DNA of 63,574 nt, counting the filler, from Chiloscyllium plagiosum (lineage: Eukaryota), in NCBI RefSeq assembly GCF_004010195.1. It is 3 parts of one record of this genome, joined end to end, with 100 filler letters (N's around TTAATTAATTAA, not from the genome) between each part and the next. Parts side by side here need not be neighbours in the genome. Positions count along the whole stretch, not along the records: positions 40,490 to 63,574 come from NC_057711.1; 2 more parts are not named here. One strand, written 5' to 3'. Shown here piece after piece: positions 62,842 through 63,574 of this stretch. The notes below the pieces were generated by a model that did not search any database, was not told the origin of the DNA, and saw only the letters and a program-made list of their open reading frames with translations. Numbering within the stretch: position 1 is the stretch's first letter; each line of letters starts with the position of its first letter. A program made the translations under genes and the position numbers.

Positions 62842-63237
62842 ATGTTTGAAAAGTTAAAATCTCTGACCATAACCACCCTATTATTCTTACAGATAATGAA
62901 ACCTCCTTACAAATTTGTTTCTCAATTTCCCGCTGACAATTAGGGGTCTACAATTAAATTCTGATAAGGTGATCATCCCTTTCTTATTTCTCAGTTCCAC
63001 CCAAATAATGTCCCAGGATGTATTCCCAAGAATATCCTCCCTAATTACAGCAGTAATGTTACACCTTATCAAAAACGCCACTTCCCCTCCTCTCTTACCT
63101 CCCTTTCCATCCTTCCTAAAGCATTTGTATCTTGGAACAATAAGTTGCCACTCCTGTCCATTCCTGTGCCACATTTCTATAATTGCTATGATATCCCAGT
63201 CCCATGTTCCTAACCATGCCCTGAGTTCATCTGCCTT

Positions 63238-63574
63238 CATTTCCAGTGCGAGCAGCAGCGAAGGTAAGACCGTTTGGTTTTAAAAGTGCTTACCGGTAGC
63301 GGGCAGCGGTGTTTTTTTTCTCTCTCTTCACAGAAAGAGCGGGAGCACCAGGGGGAAGTGACGACGACCAGAGGGGCAGCCGGGAAGGAAAGCGGTGAGT
63401 ATTTATACTCACCCTTCGAAGCCGTCGGTCATTTCCAGTGCGAGCAGCAGCAAAGGTAAGACCGTTTGGTTTTAAAAGTGCTTACCGGTAGCGGGCAGCG
63501 GTGTTTTTTTTCTCTCTCTTCACAGAAAGAGCGGGAGCACCAGGGGGAAGTGACAACGACCAGAGGGGCAGCCG
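63238..63574. repeat. CpG-rich 192-bp tandem monomer (runs off the window)
   Basis: 63238-63429 repeated from 63430 with few differences. Confidence 0.92.

Larger units (their letters stand above)
59485..63237 (-). mobile_element. CR1 LINE ORF2 (APE-RT) with three nested SINEs
   Basis: ORFs 62887-63240 (APE), 60504-60833, 60229-60519 (FADD) and 59767-60177. Confidence 0.93.

Noticed and set aside
1..63574. CRISPR array, prokaryotic operon or intact autonomous retroelement
   Set aside because: No regularly spaced repeat-spacer array; the DNA is vertebrate; every element ORF visible is broken by stops, frameshifts or gaps.

Overview
Vertebrate, repeat-dense intronic DNA. The repeat set points to a cartilaginous fish, probably a shark (inference): HE1/V-SINE-type tRNA SINEs with (TAATC)n tails, many CR1 LINEs with an SGNH-esterase ORF1, Penelope, Rex1 and Tx1. 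Only one host-gene exon is recognisable: the first coding exon of CDC42SE2 on the minus strand (exon 57451-57762, CDS 57451-57504, MSEFWLCFNCCIAEQPQP). The ORF track misses it because it is short. Everything to its left appears to be the downstream intron, filled with nested, mostly dead retroelements. These are several CR1 families, Penelope elements, Rex1, a U2-snRNA-headed Keno-like Tx1 LINE, a Gmr1-like LTR element with PR-INT-RT-RH order and a SCAN-like gag, a second decayed gypsy, and about 12 SINEs. The most striking signal is a dozen or more short Penelope-derived inserts carrying minimal hammerhead-ribozyme motifs. Several are self-palindromic and many have 11-18 bp target-site duplications (TSDs). 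One core is fully intact and sense to the CDC42SE2 pre-mRNA (43861-43895). Other candidates are a 10-nt microexon (54832-54841) and a CpG-rich 192-bp tandem monomer with splice donors on both strands at the right edge. There are four assembly gaps; two are artificial 44N-TTAATTAATTAA-44N linkers, so continuity across 31594-40489 is uncertain. All calls were made by eye without database searches, and element boundaries are approximate.
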